Source of the DNA: a virus
Strand: one strand, 5' to 3'
Length of the DNA stretch: 64,000 nt
Virus record (IMG/VR): IMGVR_UViG_3300041586_000098
Location: 9,392-73,391 of that record
Made by a program: the position numbers and the translations under genes. Below, piece by piece: positions 28,838 to 38,847 of this stretch. Under the pieces are notes generated by a model. That model was not told the DNA's origin, did not search any database, and worked only from the letters and a program-made list of their open reading frames with translations. Each line of letters opens with the position of its first letter. The stretch's first letter is position 1.

Positions 28838-30799
28838 ATGGTAAAGGGATTTATTGCAAATGAGTATGGAGATACTATAATTGCTTCACTACAAACACCA
28901 TATAATAACACACTTAGGATTATAGATTGGGATATATTAGCAGGTATAAGAACTCGATATATGACAGGGAGCGTTACTTTAGTATCAGGTCAATTTGATA
29001 TAGTAGGTAATGGTACTCAATTTATGAATTCATTTCAACCCGGTGATGTCATTATCATAGGAAATATTACATACACAATAGATACAATAGTTTCACCAAT
29101 AGAAATGACAGTTAACGAACCTATTCAACTCTCATCTACTGGATCATTATACTATAAATCAACAGATGCCAATAACTTTTTTGAATATGAATACAGATGG
29201 TCACATACTAATGATTTATTTTCTGAATTTCAAACATTAAATTCCGGAAATCAATATGGAGATCTTTTCCATATAATATTTGACACATCTAAACCAATGT
29301 GGATTGAAGTTAAAAACGAGGTAGCTGGAATTATACCAGGAAACACAATAACATTATTATCAATAACATATACTATTGAAACAGTAGATGGTACTATTGA
29401 ATCTTGTCCTAATTTTTGCACAGAATGTACCGATCCCTTTTCAATGACAGGATGTGCGAACATTGAAGTAGCATGTACCACATCTGTTTTTAATCCATAT
29501 GCACTCACTAAATCAGTAGGAATATATAAACAACTTACTAATATTGTTAATGACATATTTGGGCATAGCGTTAACTATTTTAGAATTGAACCTAACCTAA
29601 GAACGACTGATGTTATATTAATGGAATATTCATTACATAATGTTGTAGATAATAAGACATTAAAAATATTAGTCCCTGATAATGAGTTTCCATCTGAGGC
29701 TAATTCTTATGATATATTTGGAATTGATCTAGCTGATTTCGAAGTACATATTACAGCCGATGAATTTGAAAATAAATTTGGTGCAGGAAAATCTCCAAGA
29801 AATAAGGATTATATGTTTATTCCTATTATTAATAAGATGTATGAAATAAGCTCGGTTTCATTGGCCGATGAATTTAATAAAACAAATTCATATTGGAGAG
29901 TCAAGTTAGTAAAATATCAAGACAGATCCGATGTCATTAAAGGTCAATTTAATGAAGCAACTGACATATTAACAACCGGAATCGAAGAAATCTTCGGGGA
30001 AAGAATAGAAGAAGAATACGTGAAACATATTAAAAAAGAACAATTTCAAACAGTAACTACAACATATCAGGACGGTATTAGAGAGTTTGTTAATAAAAAA
30101 ATAAGAATAGTCGACTATAATTTAAAGAATAGATGGACTATTGTTAGTAAGAACTATTACGATTTTACTGCAATGAGATTAGATGAAATTGCAATAGTAT
30201 ATACTGCGCCATCTACTGTAAATCTTAATGAAAATATGGCCTTTACTGGTTGGTTTTCACCACAATTTAAGGCAGCATCGACTACTGATTATTATTTATT
30301 TGGTGATAATGACGCAATCCAAGGTCTTAGATTAACCATAAGCAACACTGAATTTAAACTAAGCGTAAACGGTATAACTGAATCATTTACACATGGAATA
30401 TCATTTAATAAAAACAACTGGTATACATATGTAATAAATGTTAACAACAGTTTTTTACAACTAGGAGTTTCTTTCTATAGTTTAAATCCAGATAGTAATG
30501 TTATATCTAATATAGGAGGAGAGCGAATTATGCCAGCATCTAGATCTAATAATTTAGTACTTGAATTCAACGAGAACAGATTATTAAGTAATCGTATATT
30601 ATGGAATTCAGTAACATCATTTTCTCTTAGATCAAATGAAATGTTTATGACAAATATTAGAGTTTTTAATACTCCAATAGAGGAAGAAGAGCATTCTAAC
30701 GTCTTAAATCAATATTTAGTAAGAGATAACCAATATGCGATCGTAATAGATAACGCAATTCCATCTCTTGGTTTTCAAAAATTCGCTAATGCACGTTAA
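28838..30799 (+). CDS. Neck protein (gp14-like) with extra beta-rich domains
   Basis: Central FGH.V.YF...D..L.E, FG.D..D, P...D....P..NK.YEI pattern. Confidence 0.6.
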   Translation: MVKGFIANEYGDTIIASLQTPYNNTLRIIDWDILAGIRTRYMTGSVTLVSGQFDIVGNGTQFMNSFQPGDVIIIGNITYTIDTIVSPIEMTVNEPIQLSSTGSLYYKSTDANNFFEYEYRWSHTNDLFSEFQTLNSGNQYGDLFHIIFDTSKPMWIEVKNEVAGIIPGNTITLLSITYTIETVDGTIESCPNFCTECTDPFSMTGCANIEVACTTSVFNPYALTKSVGIYKQLTNIVNDIFGHSVNYFRIEPNLRTTDVILMEYSLHNVVDNKTLKILVPDNEFPSEANSYDIFGIDLADFEVHITADEFENKFGAGKSPRNKDYMFIPIINKMYEISSVSLADEFNKTNSYWRVKLVKYQDRSDVIKGQFNEATDILTTGIEEIFGERIEEEYVKHIKKEQFQTVTTTYQDGIREFVNKKIRIVDYNLKNRWTIVSKNYYDFTAMRLDEIAIVYTAPSTVNLNENMAFTGWFSPQFKAASTTDYYLFGDNDAIQGLRLTISNTEFKLSVNGITESFTHGISFNKNNWYTYVINVNNSFLQLGVSFYSLNPDSNVISNIGGERIMPASRSNNLVLEFNENRLLSNRILWNSVTSFSLRSNEMFMTNIRVFNTPIEEEEHSNVLNQYLVRDNQYAIVIDNAIPSLGFQKFANAR

Positions 30800-30842
30800 C
30801 TAATAAATTAAGATAAATATAATATCTAATAATATAGTAAAT

Positions 30843-31484
30843 ATGTCAGAAAACAGAAGTATAAAAGACCAAGCCGAAGATATCAGAAAAGACCTTAATG
30901 AATTAATAGGTGCTAGTAACATGAACATCGAGGATGTAATAGAAAGAGACCCACAATTACCGGCTCGCAGACCTCCTCCTAAAAAAACATATACTGAACT
31001 TAAAGAAAACTCTACTAAAAAGGCAAAGAAGACAATTTCAGCCCTAATGAAATTTTATTTAGATGAGGACATAATAGAAAAGGACGAGTATATTCAAGCT
31101 AAAAAGAAGATGGATGAGATGACAATGAGTTCATTAGTCTATCAATTACAAGCAGGTGAAAGAGCGTTAACTATCCTATTAGAATCGATTGAAGATGGTG
31201 AAGTTACTCCTCGAATGTTCGAAGTACTTGCCACATTACAGAAATCAATGCTAGACATTATTAAATCACAAACAATGTATTTAATGGCAACTGAAGAGAG
31301 TGCTAAGAGGATTGCAAGAGACATTGAAATCTATAGAAAAAGAGATGATATTCGAGAAATAGAATCTTCAGGCGGAGATACTACATTAGGAAATACCCAA
31401 CGAGGAACTAAAGATATAATGCGATTAATTAGGGATGGAATTGATTCTGCAAATATCGAAGACGTCGAAATAACAGAAGACTAG
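30843..31484 (+). CDS. Terminase small subunit (gp16-like)
   Basis: PRMFEVLATL.K motif; upstream of the large terminase. Confidence 0.65.
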   Translation: MSENRSIKDQAEDIRKDLNELIGASNMNIEDVIERDPQLPARRPPPKKTYTELKENSTKKAKKTISALMKFYLDEDIIEKDEYIQAKKKMDEMTMSSLVYQLQAGERALTILLESIEDGEVTPRMFEVLATLQKSMLDIIKSQTMYLMATEESAKRIARDIEIYRKRDDIREIESSGGDTTLGNTQRGTKDIMRLIRDGIDSANIEDVEITED

Positions 31485-31488
31485 TATT

Positions 31489-31956
31489 ATGAAGCATTTT
31501 AAAGTATATGAAGAATTTATTTTTGAAATAGGAGATTCCTCTTCTAAGAAATACAAGTATAAGATCAATGGTAAGTTTAGTGAAATGTCAGAATTTGACA
31601 AAAGGGTTTATGTTAAGTTTAAAACAGAATCAAAACTAGAATACACATTGACTGTAATTAATATTAATTCATTCTTAGACATTGATTTTACAGCAGATGG
31701 AGAATATAATGAAACTAATCGAGGTGAAATGTTTAGTATAATGGCAACCATAGTGGATGTAATAGAACGCATATTAGGTGAAAATACTGGAATTATACGA
31801 GGATTCAGATATGAACCTAAAGGAAAGGCAAATGATGAAGGGTTAGGAAGAGACCGATTATATCGAATTTTCATTGAGAAATCAATGAAAAGGCAAGGAA
31901 AATCAATTAGTTTTACGCAACAAGGCGGAACTGTATTTGGAATAATAAAGGATTAA
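31489..31956 (+). CDS. Hypothetical protein with capsid-targeting-like N-terminus
   Basis: MKHFKVYEEFIFE start. Confidence 0.65.
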   Translation: MKHFKVYEEFIFEIGDSSSKKYKYKINGKFSEMSEFDKRVYVKFKTESKLEYTLTVININSFLDIDFTADGEYNETNRGEMFSIMATIVDVIERILGENTGIIRGFRYEPKGKANDEGLGRDRLYRIFIEKSMKRQGKSISFTQQGGTVFGIIKD

Positions 31957-31958
31957 TT

Positions 31959-32513
31959 ATGGCAATTGAAGATACAAGTTATGATAATAAATGGATTCCT
32001 AATGCAGAATCAGAAAAAGATGCTCAAAAATTAGTTTGGTCAACTAAAATAATTAATGATCTATTAGTTGCACTTGACAAGGGATATCGACCTCAAGTCA
32101 GTATGCCATTTTACGAAGGAAAACAATTTTTAAGAAAAGGAAACATAGTATTTGAATACACAGATGAAGAAATAGAAGAACTTGCAAAATGTGCAAAAGA
32201 TATTGTCTATTTTGCAGAGAGGTATGCGGTTGTTATGACCGACAATGGAATTCAACAGGTTACACTTAGAAAATATCAAAAAGAATTACTAAGAGATTTT
32301 CAGCATAATAGATTTAATATCGTGTTAGCCGCACGTCAAATGGGAAAGTGTCTTGTACATAGCACCAGAATCGATGTTAAGGATCCTCATGGTATTTCTA
32401 AGACGATAACTATAGGAGAACTGTTTTATACTATACTTCAAAAACAAAGGCCCTTAAAGGTAACTGAATGGATTAAGTGGAAGCTGTGGACTTTATATAC
32501 ATGGATTGACTAA
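31959..32513 (+). CDS. gp17: Terminase large subunit N-fragment plus N-intein (54 aa from 32349)
   Basis: KCAKDIVYFAE.Y, LRKYQ, ARQMGK|CLVHST. Confidence 0.92.
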   Translation: MAIEDTSYDNKWIPNAESEKDAQKLVWSTKIINDLLVALDKGYRPQVSMPFYEGKQFLRKGNIVFEYTDEEIEELAKCAKDIVYFAERYAVVMTDNGIQQVTLRKYQKELLRDFQHNRFNIVLAARQMGKCLVHSTRIDVKDPHGISKTITIGELFYTILQKQRPLKVTEWIKWKLWTLYTWID

Positions 32514-32592
32514 TATTCATTCTTTACGATATCTGTCAACTTACAAGAAACATTTAGATATATAATTATATAATATATAAATAGATATAGTT

Positions 32593-33654
32593 ATGAAAGA
32601 TAAAGAATGTAAGGAATGTAATAATGTTTATCAATCAATGAGTAATAATTCTAAATTTTGTTCATTTGATTGTAGGGATTTGTTTAAATTTAAAGTAGAA
32701 CAAATTGCCATGTTCAATGGTAATGAAGGATATGATTATGTAGTAGACCAATGGAATGGATATGCTACTACTAGAATTTACGGCCATTGGTTTACACAAC
32801 ATCATCCAGACAGAACAACCGAAGAATATAGAATTGAGTTTCCAAATGCAAAACTACAATGTGATAAGATAAGTGCAAAGAATGGTCAATTCATGAAAGA
32901 AGAGAAGCATAGAGAAGCACAGCGACAAAGAATGATAGGATCAAATAATCCAAATCATACATCAAAAACTACAGTTGAACAAAGAAAGTCAAAGAGTCCA
33001 TTTTCAAAAGATTTTGTTAATTATAAATCAGAAGAAGATAGAAAGAAATTTATTGACTCTATTGACTATGGTTCTATAAAAAAGAGTTCAGATATTGAGT
33101 GGTGGCTAAAAAAATGCAATGGAAATATAGAAGAAGCGGAGCGACTTTATGTTGAAAGACAAACTACATTTACTTTGAATAAATGTATTTTAAAACATGG
33201 AAAATCAAAGGGAACTGAAGTGTATAACAATAGACAAGAAAAATGGTTGAAGTCTCTATATGCCAACTTTGAAAAATATGGAGATGGAAGATCTCCTCAG
33301 AGTAAATGGGTTAATAATATTAAAATCATTTTAAAAGATAATGGAATTGTAATTCCCGATAAAGAAAAATGGATAAGAGAAATTAATAGCGTTAAATCAT
33401 ATTCATATGATTTAACTGTTAACAAAAAAATAATAGAGTTTAACGGAGATTATTGGCATGCCAATCCTGCTATATATGAAATGGACTGGTTTAACAAAAC
33501 AAAAAAGATGAAAGCCCATGTGTTATGGGAATATGACGCAAATAAAAGAAAGTTAGCCGAATCCCATGGATATGAAGTTTTAACAATATGGGAGTCTGAT
33601 TATAATAAAGATCCAAATGGAACAATTCAGTTGTGTCTAGAATTTCTAAGATAA
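32593..33654 (+). CDS. Vsr-like homing endonuclease with N-terminal Cys-rich module
   Basis: CKEC..FCSFDC; IIEFNGDYWH...GYEVLTIWE. Confidence 0.85.
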   Translation: MKDKECKECNNVYQSMSNNSKFCSFDCRDLFKFKVEQIAMFNGNEGYDYVVDQWNGYATTRIYGHWFTQHHPDRTTEEYRIEFPNAKLQCDKISAKNGQFMKEEKHREAQRQRMIGSNNPNHTSKTTVEQRKSKSPFSKDFVNYKSEEDRKKFIDSIDYGSIKKSSDIEWWLKKCNGNIEEAERLYVERQTTFTLNKCILKHGKSKGTEVYNNRQEKWLKSLYANFEKYGDGRSPQSKWVNNIKIILKDNGIVIPDKEKWIREINSVKSYSYDLTVNKKIIEFNGDYWHANPAIYEMDWFNKTKKMKAHVLWEYDANKRKLAESHGYEVLTIWESDYNKDPNGTIQLCLEFLR

Positions 33655-33664
33655 ATATTACAAT

Positions 33665-35548
33665 ATGAAATCAATCTTAAAATCAATAATAATACGTTCA
33701 ATTCAATTTATAGAAAAAATTGAAACGAAAAATGAATATCTGCCAGAAGATGATTTCACCGACAAGATACAGGAAACAATTAACCTTAAAGGATATAAAG
33801 TCCTAACTGATTCTGGATATCAACCAATGCCGAATATTCATCTTACAAAACCATATACTATATGGGAAATTAAGACACATTCGGATCGAAAAATGCAAGG
33901 CGCGGATACCCATATTCTATTTGACGAAAACCTAAATGAGGTTTTTATTAAGGATTTAAAAATAGGAGACCTACTAATGACAGTAAGCGGGCCCGAAATG
34001 GTAACCGAAATTACTACATTTAAATCAAAGGTTCAAATGTATGATGCAACAGTAGATCACATTGACCATCGATATTATACAAATGGATTCCTTTCACATA
34101 ATACAGTTACAGCTTCGATTTTTAATGCATGGTACTTAGTTTTTAATTATGACAAAACTACATTACTTCTTGCAAACAAATCAGAATCAACAAAGGAAAT
34201 TATAGATAAGGCTAAGGTTGTTCTTGAAAATCTTCCATTCTACATGAAGCCAGGTATCATCAAGTATGATGTAATGAATGTCCGTGCGGATAATGGATGC
34301 CGTCTCGTAGGACAATCAACTACTGCAAAATCAGGTATTGGATTCACTATACATAATTTATATCTTGATGAGTTTGCTCACGTCCATCCTACTATTGTTG
34401 ACGCCTTTTATGAAAACGTATATCCTACTCTTTCTGCATCTAAAATTTCTAGAATTAATATAACATCCACACCTAATGGATTTAATAAGTTTTATGAGAT
34501 ATTTGCGGATGCCGAACAGGGTAACAATGAATATAAAGCAACTCGAATTGATTGGTGGCAACATCCTGACCGGGACGATGAATGGTATAAGAGAGAACTT
34601 GGAAACCTAGGTTCTGAGGACGCGTTTAATAGACAGTATGGTAACGAATTTACAAGTTCATCGAGTTTATTACTAAGTCCTGGTACAATGAAAAGTATTA
34701 GAAAAAATGCAAAGAAATTTGTATATCATGACTTAGAGGATTTTGAAAACATACATATAGATGTTGAAGGTTTTCTTGGATTTGATCCTAGATTTGACAT
34801 AGAGGCCGCCGCCGAATCAGATAGATATTATTTATTTTCAGTAGATATTGCCGAAGGAAACGGAGGAGACTATTCTGTTGTTAATATTTTTGAAGTTGAA
34901 CCGATGTCAAACAAAGATATTGAAAACTATATAAGCCCAGGCGCAATGTATGATTTTTTTAAGATAAACCAAATTGCTGTTTTTAGAAGTAATGAACATC
35001 CTATTGAAGATTTCGCGAAAATTTTATATACACTAGCAATTGATGTGTTTAATCCTGAGAACGTTAAGATGATTATAGAGTACAATACATATGGAAGTAT
35101 ACTACTACAATACTTATCGACAGTGTTTCCTGGAAGGAATGATTTTGAAGATGAAATGGTTCTTAGATTTAAACATAGACATGATTCAAAGGTTCCGAAG
35201 GCCGGATTAAAGCTTAAATCAGATAATAAATCAGTGTTTTGTCAAAATTTTAAAAAGCTTATAGAAATTAATAGAATTAAAATAAATGAAATAACAACAG
35301 TACAGGAGGCAAGTTTATTTGGAACGGTAAAGAATGGTAGTTATGCGGCACAAATGGGAAAGGACGATACTATAATGACATGTATTACTGCAACTGAATT
35401 TTTCGGAACAACTGATTATGCCGATTATGTTGAGGAATTATTAGATGTAATAGATCCTGAAATACATGACTTAATGGAAGAAGTATTATATAAAGATAAT
35501 GGAGGTGGAGATTCTTCACTTCAATTCGACATTTATGATTTGCTTTAA
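33665..35548 (+). CDS. gp17: C-intein (146 aa) plus terminase large subunit C-fragment
   Basis: GADTHIL block B; YYTNGFLSHN|TVTAS; YLDEFA, TSTPNG, VDIAEG..GDYS, KDDTIM. Confidence 0.93.
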   Translation: MKSILKSIIIRSIQFIEKIETKNEYLPEDDFTDKIQETINLKGYKVLTDSGYQPMPNIHLTKPYTIWEIKTHSDRKMQGADTHILFDENLNEVFIKDLKIGDLLMTVSGPEMVTEITTFKSKVQMYDATVDHIDHRYYTNGFLSHNTVTASIFNAWYLVFNYDKTTLLLANKSESTKEIIDKAKVVLENLPFYMKPGIIKYDVMNVRADNGCRLVGQSTTAKSGIGFTIHNLYLDEFAHVHPTIVDAFYENVYPTLSASKISRINITSTPNGFNKFYEIFADAEQGNNEYKATRIDWWQHPDRDDEWYKRELGNLGSEDAFNRQYGNEFTSSSSLLLSPGTMKSIRKNAKKFVYHDLEDFENIHIDVEGFLGFDPRFDIEAAAESDRYYLFSVDIAEGNGGDYSVVNIFEVEPMSNKDIENYISPGAMYDFFKINQIAVFRSNEHPIEDFAKILYTLAIDVFNPENVKMIIEYNTYGSILLQYLSTVFPGRNDFEDEMVLRFKHRHDSKVPKAGLKLKSDNKSVFCQNFKKLIEINRIKINEITTVQEASLFGTVKNGSYAAQMGKDDTIMTCITATEFFGTTDYADYVEELLDVIDPEIHDLMEEVLYKDNGGGDSSLQFDIYDLL

Positions 35549-35616
35549 ATTCATTTAAAGCAAGATTTCAAAATAAACATAGATATATAATAAAAGAAAA
35601 AAAAACACTTAAAATT

Positions 35617-37896
35617 ATGGCAATTAGCCCACAATTATTAAATTTTAAGAGCTCAGGTGTTTATAGACTTGAGTTTGATAAATCTCAAACGTCAAGTATA
35701 AACGTAGAGACTCTAAGACTTGTAGTAGGTCACTCTAGAAAAGGACCATACAATACTCCTGTTTTAATTGATTCAAGAGAAACATTGGAAAACGTGTTTG
35801 GAGGTATCGATAGAACATTAGAAAAAAATGGAATGTTTTTCCATAGATCATGTCTTGATGCATTGTCAAGAGGTCCTATCTTAGCGTTAAATCTAGGTAA
35901 ATTTACAGCAGAAGAAGATATTACTAACTTTCAAAGTTTATCAACAAATGGATCAATACCTGATATGGAAAACGTAGAAGGTAGTGATGACTATACTAAA
36001 TTCTTTGATAATGATAAGTTTATGGTTCCATCTGACACTGAAACTTTAAAGACTATCTCAAATGATCAAAATCATATTTTAAACTTTGTTAACATTAAAC
36101 AAGATTCAATTACAATTATAGTAAGACAAGCAGCAAATGTTAATGAGTTTGATTTAACAGCAAGAGAATGGTATGGAGAAGGTTTAGTTCCTGAATATTT
36201 AAATGATTTTGACAGAGTATCCGATTTTATGGTAGATGTCTTTGTTTTTAGAGGAGAATTCGATGCAGTTAAGATGTCAAATGATCCAATATATTCAAAG
36301 TACTTTACAGTAGATGGTATTGACAAAACTAAATTAAATGAGTTTATAAACCTAAGACAAGTTAGTTTAATAGCACAGTACACTGGTTCTATTTTACCTG
36401 GATTTAAAAATATCGAAGGAAGAAATCTTTATATAGAATCAATTATTAACGCGGAAGCAAGAAGAACAGGTTTATTTTGTGCAGTAGACGAAGACATGGT
36501 AATGAATGACAACGGAACTGCGGTTGATTTTGTAGGACATGTATGTGAAGCTGGTAATGTATACTCATCATTATCACATAATATTAAAATAGATGATAGA
36601 ATAAGAACATTTGAGTTTGGAACAGATGATGCAGGTGTATATACTCATACCACAGGTAACACTAATTTTGTTGTAAAATATCTAAGTGCCGATGCACCAT
36701 CTGTATTTGAAATTTCAAATGGAGAATTAGTACAATCATCAACAGTTGGAAGACTAGCTAGAGTTAGTAGAGTGTCTAAAGCAGTAGATAACACACATGT
36801 AACATATACTGTGTTAACTGATGTTGAGCCACTATATGATAACAAAATTATAAAAACTTTTGAAAACGCTTCTGCCACTTATTCTACTTTTGTTTTATCA
36901 AAGGCAGGAATTACAGTTAAAAACTTAAGTGATTATTTAAATGTTTTATCAAAGGGAGTTGGATTATATGATGCACTAGTAGACAAAGACACTATTGATT
37001 TCAGATATGTAGTTGACACATTTAAATCATTTGATATAAATGGATTAAATAACAAATCAAATCTTTCTCAATTAGCAAAGGACAGACAAAACGCTTCTGC
37101 TATCTTAAATGCACCAACAGTTGAAGACTTTAAAAAATCTTCAAATCCATCATTTAGCGATGAAAACGGAGTATTTCAAACTAGATTTATTCCAACAGGA
37201 GGAAATTTAGATAAAAACCCAACAAAGATCTATACACTACCCGGTATATTGGAAGGTGCAAATTATGCATTTTACTATGGTCCAGGATTAATTGTTAGCG
37301 ATAACGGAAAGGATATTGTTATTCCGGCAGCAGCCGCTGTTTCAAATAATTTTATTGATAAGTATACAAGTTCTCTTCCTTGGTCAATTGTTGCAGGTCC
37401 AAGACGAGGTGTTGTTTCTGGAAATAATGTTAAAGGAGTTGAATATGCATTTGACAAAAGTGATAGAGATATCATAGAGCCATTTGGTATTAACCCTATT
37501 GTTTTTCAAAGAGGAACAGGATTAACTATTTTAGGTAATAAAACAGCACAACAAACGATTAAGTCAGCACTTTCTTCAGCACATGTTAGAGAAGTACTTA
37601 TTTATATTCAAGATGGAATGGCAAACATACTTAAGGATTATGTTTTTGAATTTAACAACGTTCAAACTCGTTTAGAAATTAAAACTCTAGCAGATTCATT
37701 TATGGAGTCAGTTAAACAAGATGGTGGAGTTTATGAGTTTAGCAACATAATGGATCAAACTAATAATACTAACGAAGTAATTGATAACAATATTGGTATT
37801 ATAGATACATTTGTAGAACCAGTTAAAGGATTAGAGATCGTAGTACATAGAACTACAATTTTAAATACAGGGGAAATTCAATCAGGTAACCTATAA
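35617..37896 (+). CDS. gp18: Tail sheath protein
   Basis: SSGVY..E.D.S, G...KGP..P, AGPRRG, INPI, FEFN...TR. Confidence 0.9.
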   Translation: MAISPQLLNFKSSGVYRLEFDKSQTSSINVETLRLVVGHSRKGPYNTPVLIDSRETLENVFGGIDRTLEKNGMFFHRSCLDALSRGPILALNLGKFTAEEDITNFQSLSTNGSIPDMENVEGSDDYTKFFDNDKFMVPSDTETLKTISNDQNHILNFVNIKQDSITIIVRQAANVNEFDLTAREWYGEGLVPEYLNDFDRVSDFMVDVFVFRGEFDAVKMSNDPIYSKYFTVDGIDKTKLNEFINLRQVSLIAQYTGSILPGFKNIEGRNLYIESIINAEARRTGLFCAVDEDMVMNDNGTAVDFVGHVCEAGNVYSSLSHNIKIDDRIRTFEFGTDDAGVYTHTTGNTNFVVKYLSADAPSVFEISNGELVQSSTVGRLARVSRVSKAVDNTHVTYTVLTDVEPLYDNKIIKTFENASATYSTFVLSKAGITVKNLSDYLNVLSKGVGLYDALVDKDTIDFRYVVDTFKSFDINGLNNKSNLSQLAKDRQNASAILNAPTVEDFKKSSNPSFSDENGVFQTRFIPTGGNLDKNPTKIYTLPGILEGANYAFYYGPGLIVSDNGKDIVIPAAAAVSNNFIDKYTSSLPWSIVAGPRRGVVSGNNVKGVEYAFDKSDRDIIEPFGINPIVFQRGTGLTILGNKTAQQTIKSALSSAHVREVLIYIQDGMANILKDYVFEFNNVQTRLEIKTLADSFMESVKQDGGVYEFSNIMDQTNNTNEVIDNNIGIIDTFVEPVKGLEIVVHRTTILNTGEIQSGNL

Positions 37897-37987
37897 TATA
37901 CAAGAAACGCATACTATTGTTTGAAGAATTACTAGATAAATTCAATTCAATTAATAAGATATATAAAAAAACAAAAACTATTAAATA

Positions 37988-38542
37988 ATGAGTTTACCAC
38001 ACTATTCACAAGATCAAACATCTAGAAAAGGTAGAAACTTCGAACCAGTTCAAGCTAACTTATTCGAAGTAACTGTCCTTCCTCCTAATGGAGTTGCAGA
38101 TGCACCTCTTATGTTACAACATGTTAATTCTATCGGAGGATTAGAACTATATAAAGAAATTGGAGCAGTAGAGCAAAAATATAAACATTCAACTAGATCC
38201 TTTGCTGGAATTCCAGATGGAACTGCAGTTGATATTACTATTAACTTTTCTTTAAACCTAAACGAAGCCAATCAAGCATATCTTTACAAATCACTAAGAC
38301 AATGGTACAATCTACGATATGATCCACAAACAGGAGCGATGGGTCTTAAAAAGGACTATGTAGGAACAATTGTCATAGTTCAATTTAATAGAGCTGGAGA
38401 CATATATAGAACAGTAACATTAGAAGATTGTCAAATTACATCTGGATTACCATTTACTGTTGAATTAAACTATAATGAATCAGAGCCAGTTCCTATTGAT
38501 GTTACATTTAGATGTGATGTTTGGAAAGAAGTTTTAGCATAA
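37988..38542 (+). CDS. gp19: Tail tube protein
   Basis: P...NLFEV, KDY...I...Q..R.G, VTF.CD.W; follows the sheath gene. Confidence 0.85.
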   Translation: MSLPHYSQDQTSRKGRNFEPVQANLFEVTVLPPNGVADAPLMLQHVNSIGGLELYKEIGAVEQKYKHSTRSFAGIPDGTAVDITINFSLNLNEANQAYLYKSLRQWYNLRYDPQTGAMGLKKDYVGTIVIVQFNRAGDIYRTVTLEDCQITSGLPFTVELNYNESEPVPIDVTFRCDVWKEVLA

Positions 38543-38628
38543 CATTTAACAATATTGAGGGGTATTTAAAAAGTATCCCTCATGTTATTTGAAACAAAAA
38601 CATAATATAATGATAATATAATATATAC

Positions 38629-38844
38629 ATGGATAAATTAACTAAAAAATTACAAGTTTTATTATCTGATGAAGAAGTAACATTAATTAATAGAATTATT
38701 CTTAATGAAGCAATAGAAACAGGACAAAGACCAATTTCTATTTCGGCTTTTATAAGAGACATAATTAGAGAAGAAATAGAAATAAAATCAAATGGAATAA
38801 AGCCATTTAAAAAATTAGACATTAAAAAACTTAAAGACAAATAA
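38629..38844 (+). CDS. Small ribbon-helix-helix-like protein
   Basis: KKLQVLLS strand, helix, then SISAFIRDII helix. Confidence 0.5.
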   Translation: MDKLTKKLQVLLSDEEVTLINRIILNEAIETGQRPISISAFIRDIIREEIEIKSNGIKPFKKLDIKKLKDK

Positions 38845-38847
38845 AAT

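Noticed and set aside
275-33665. Group I introns as the explanation for the interrupted nrdA, uvsX, gp46 and gp17
   Set aside because: Spacers around the nuclease ORFs are under ~80 nt, too short for an intron core, and the flanks carry clear intein motifs
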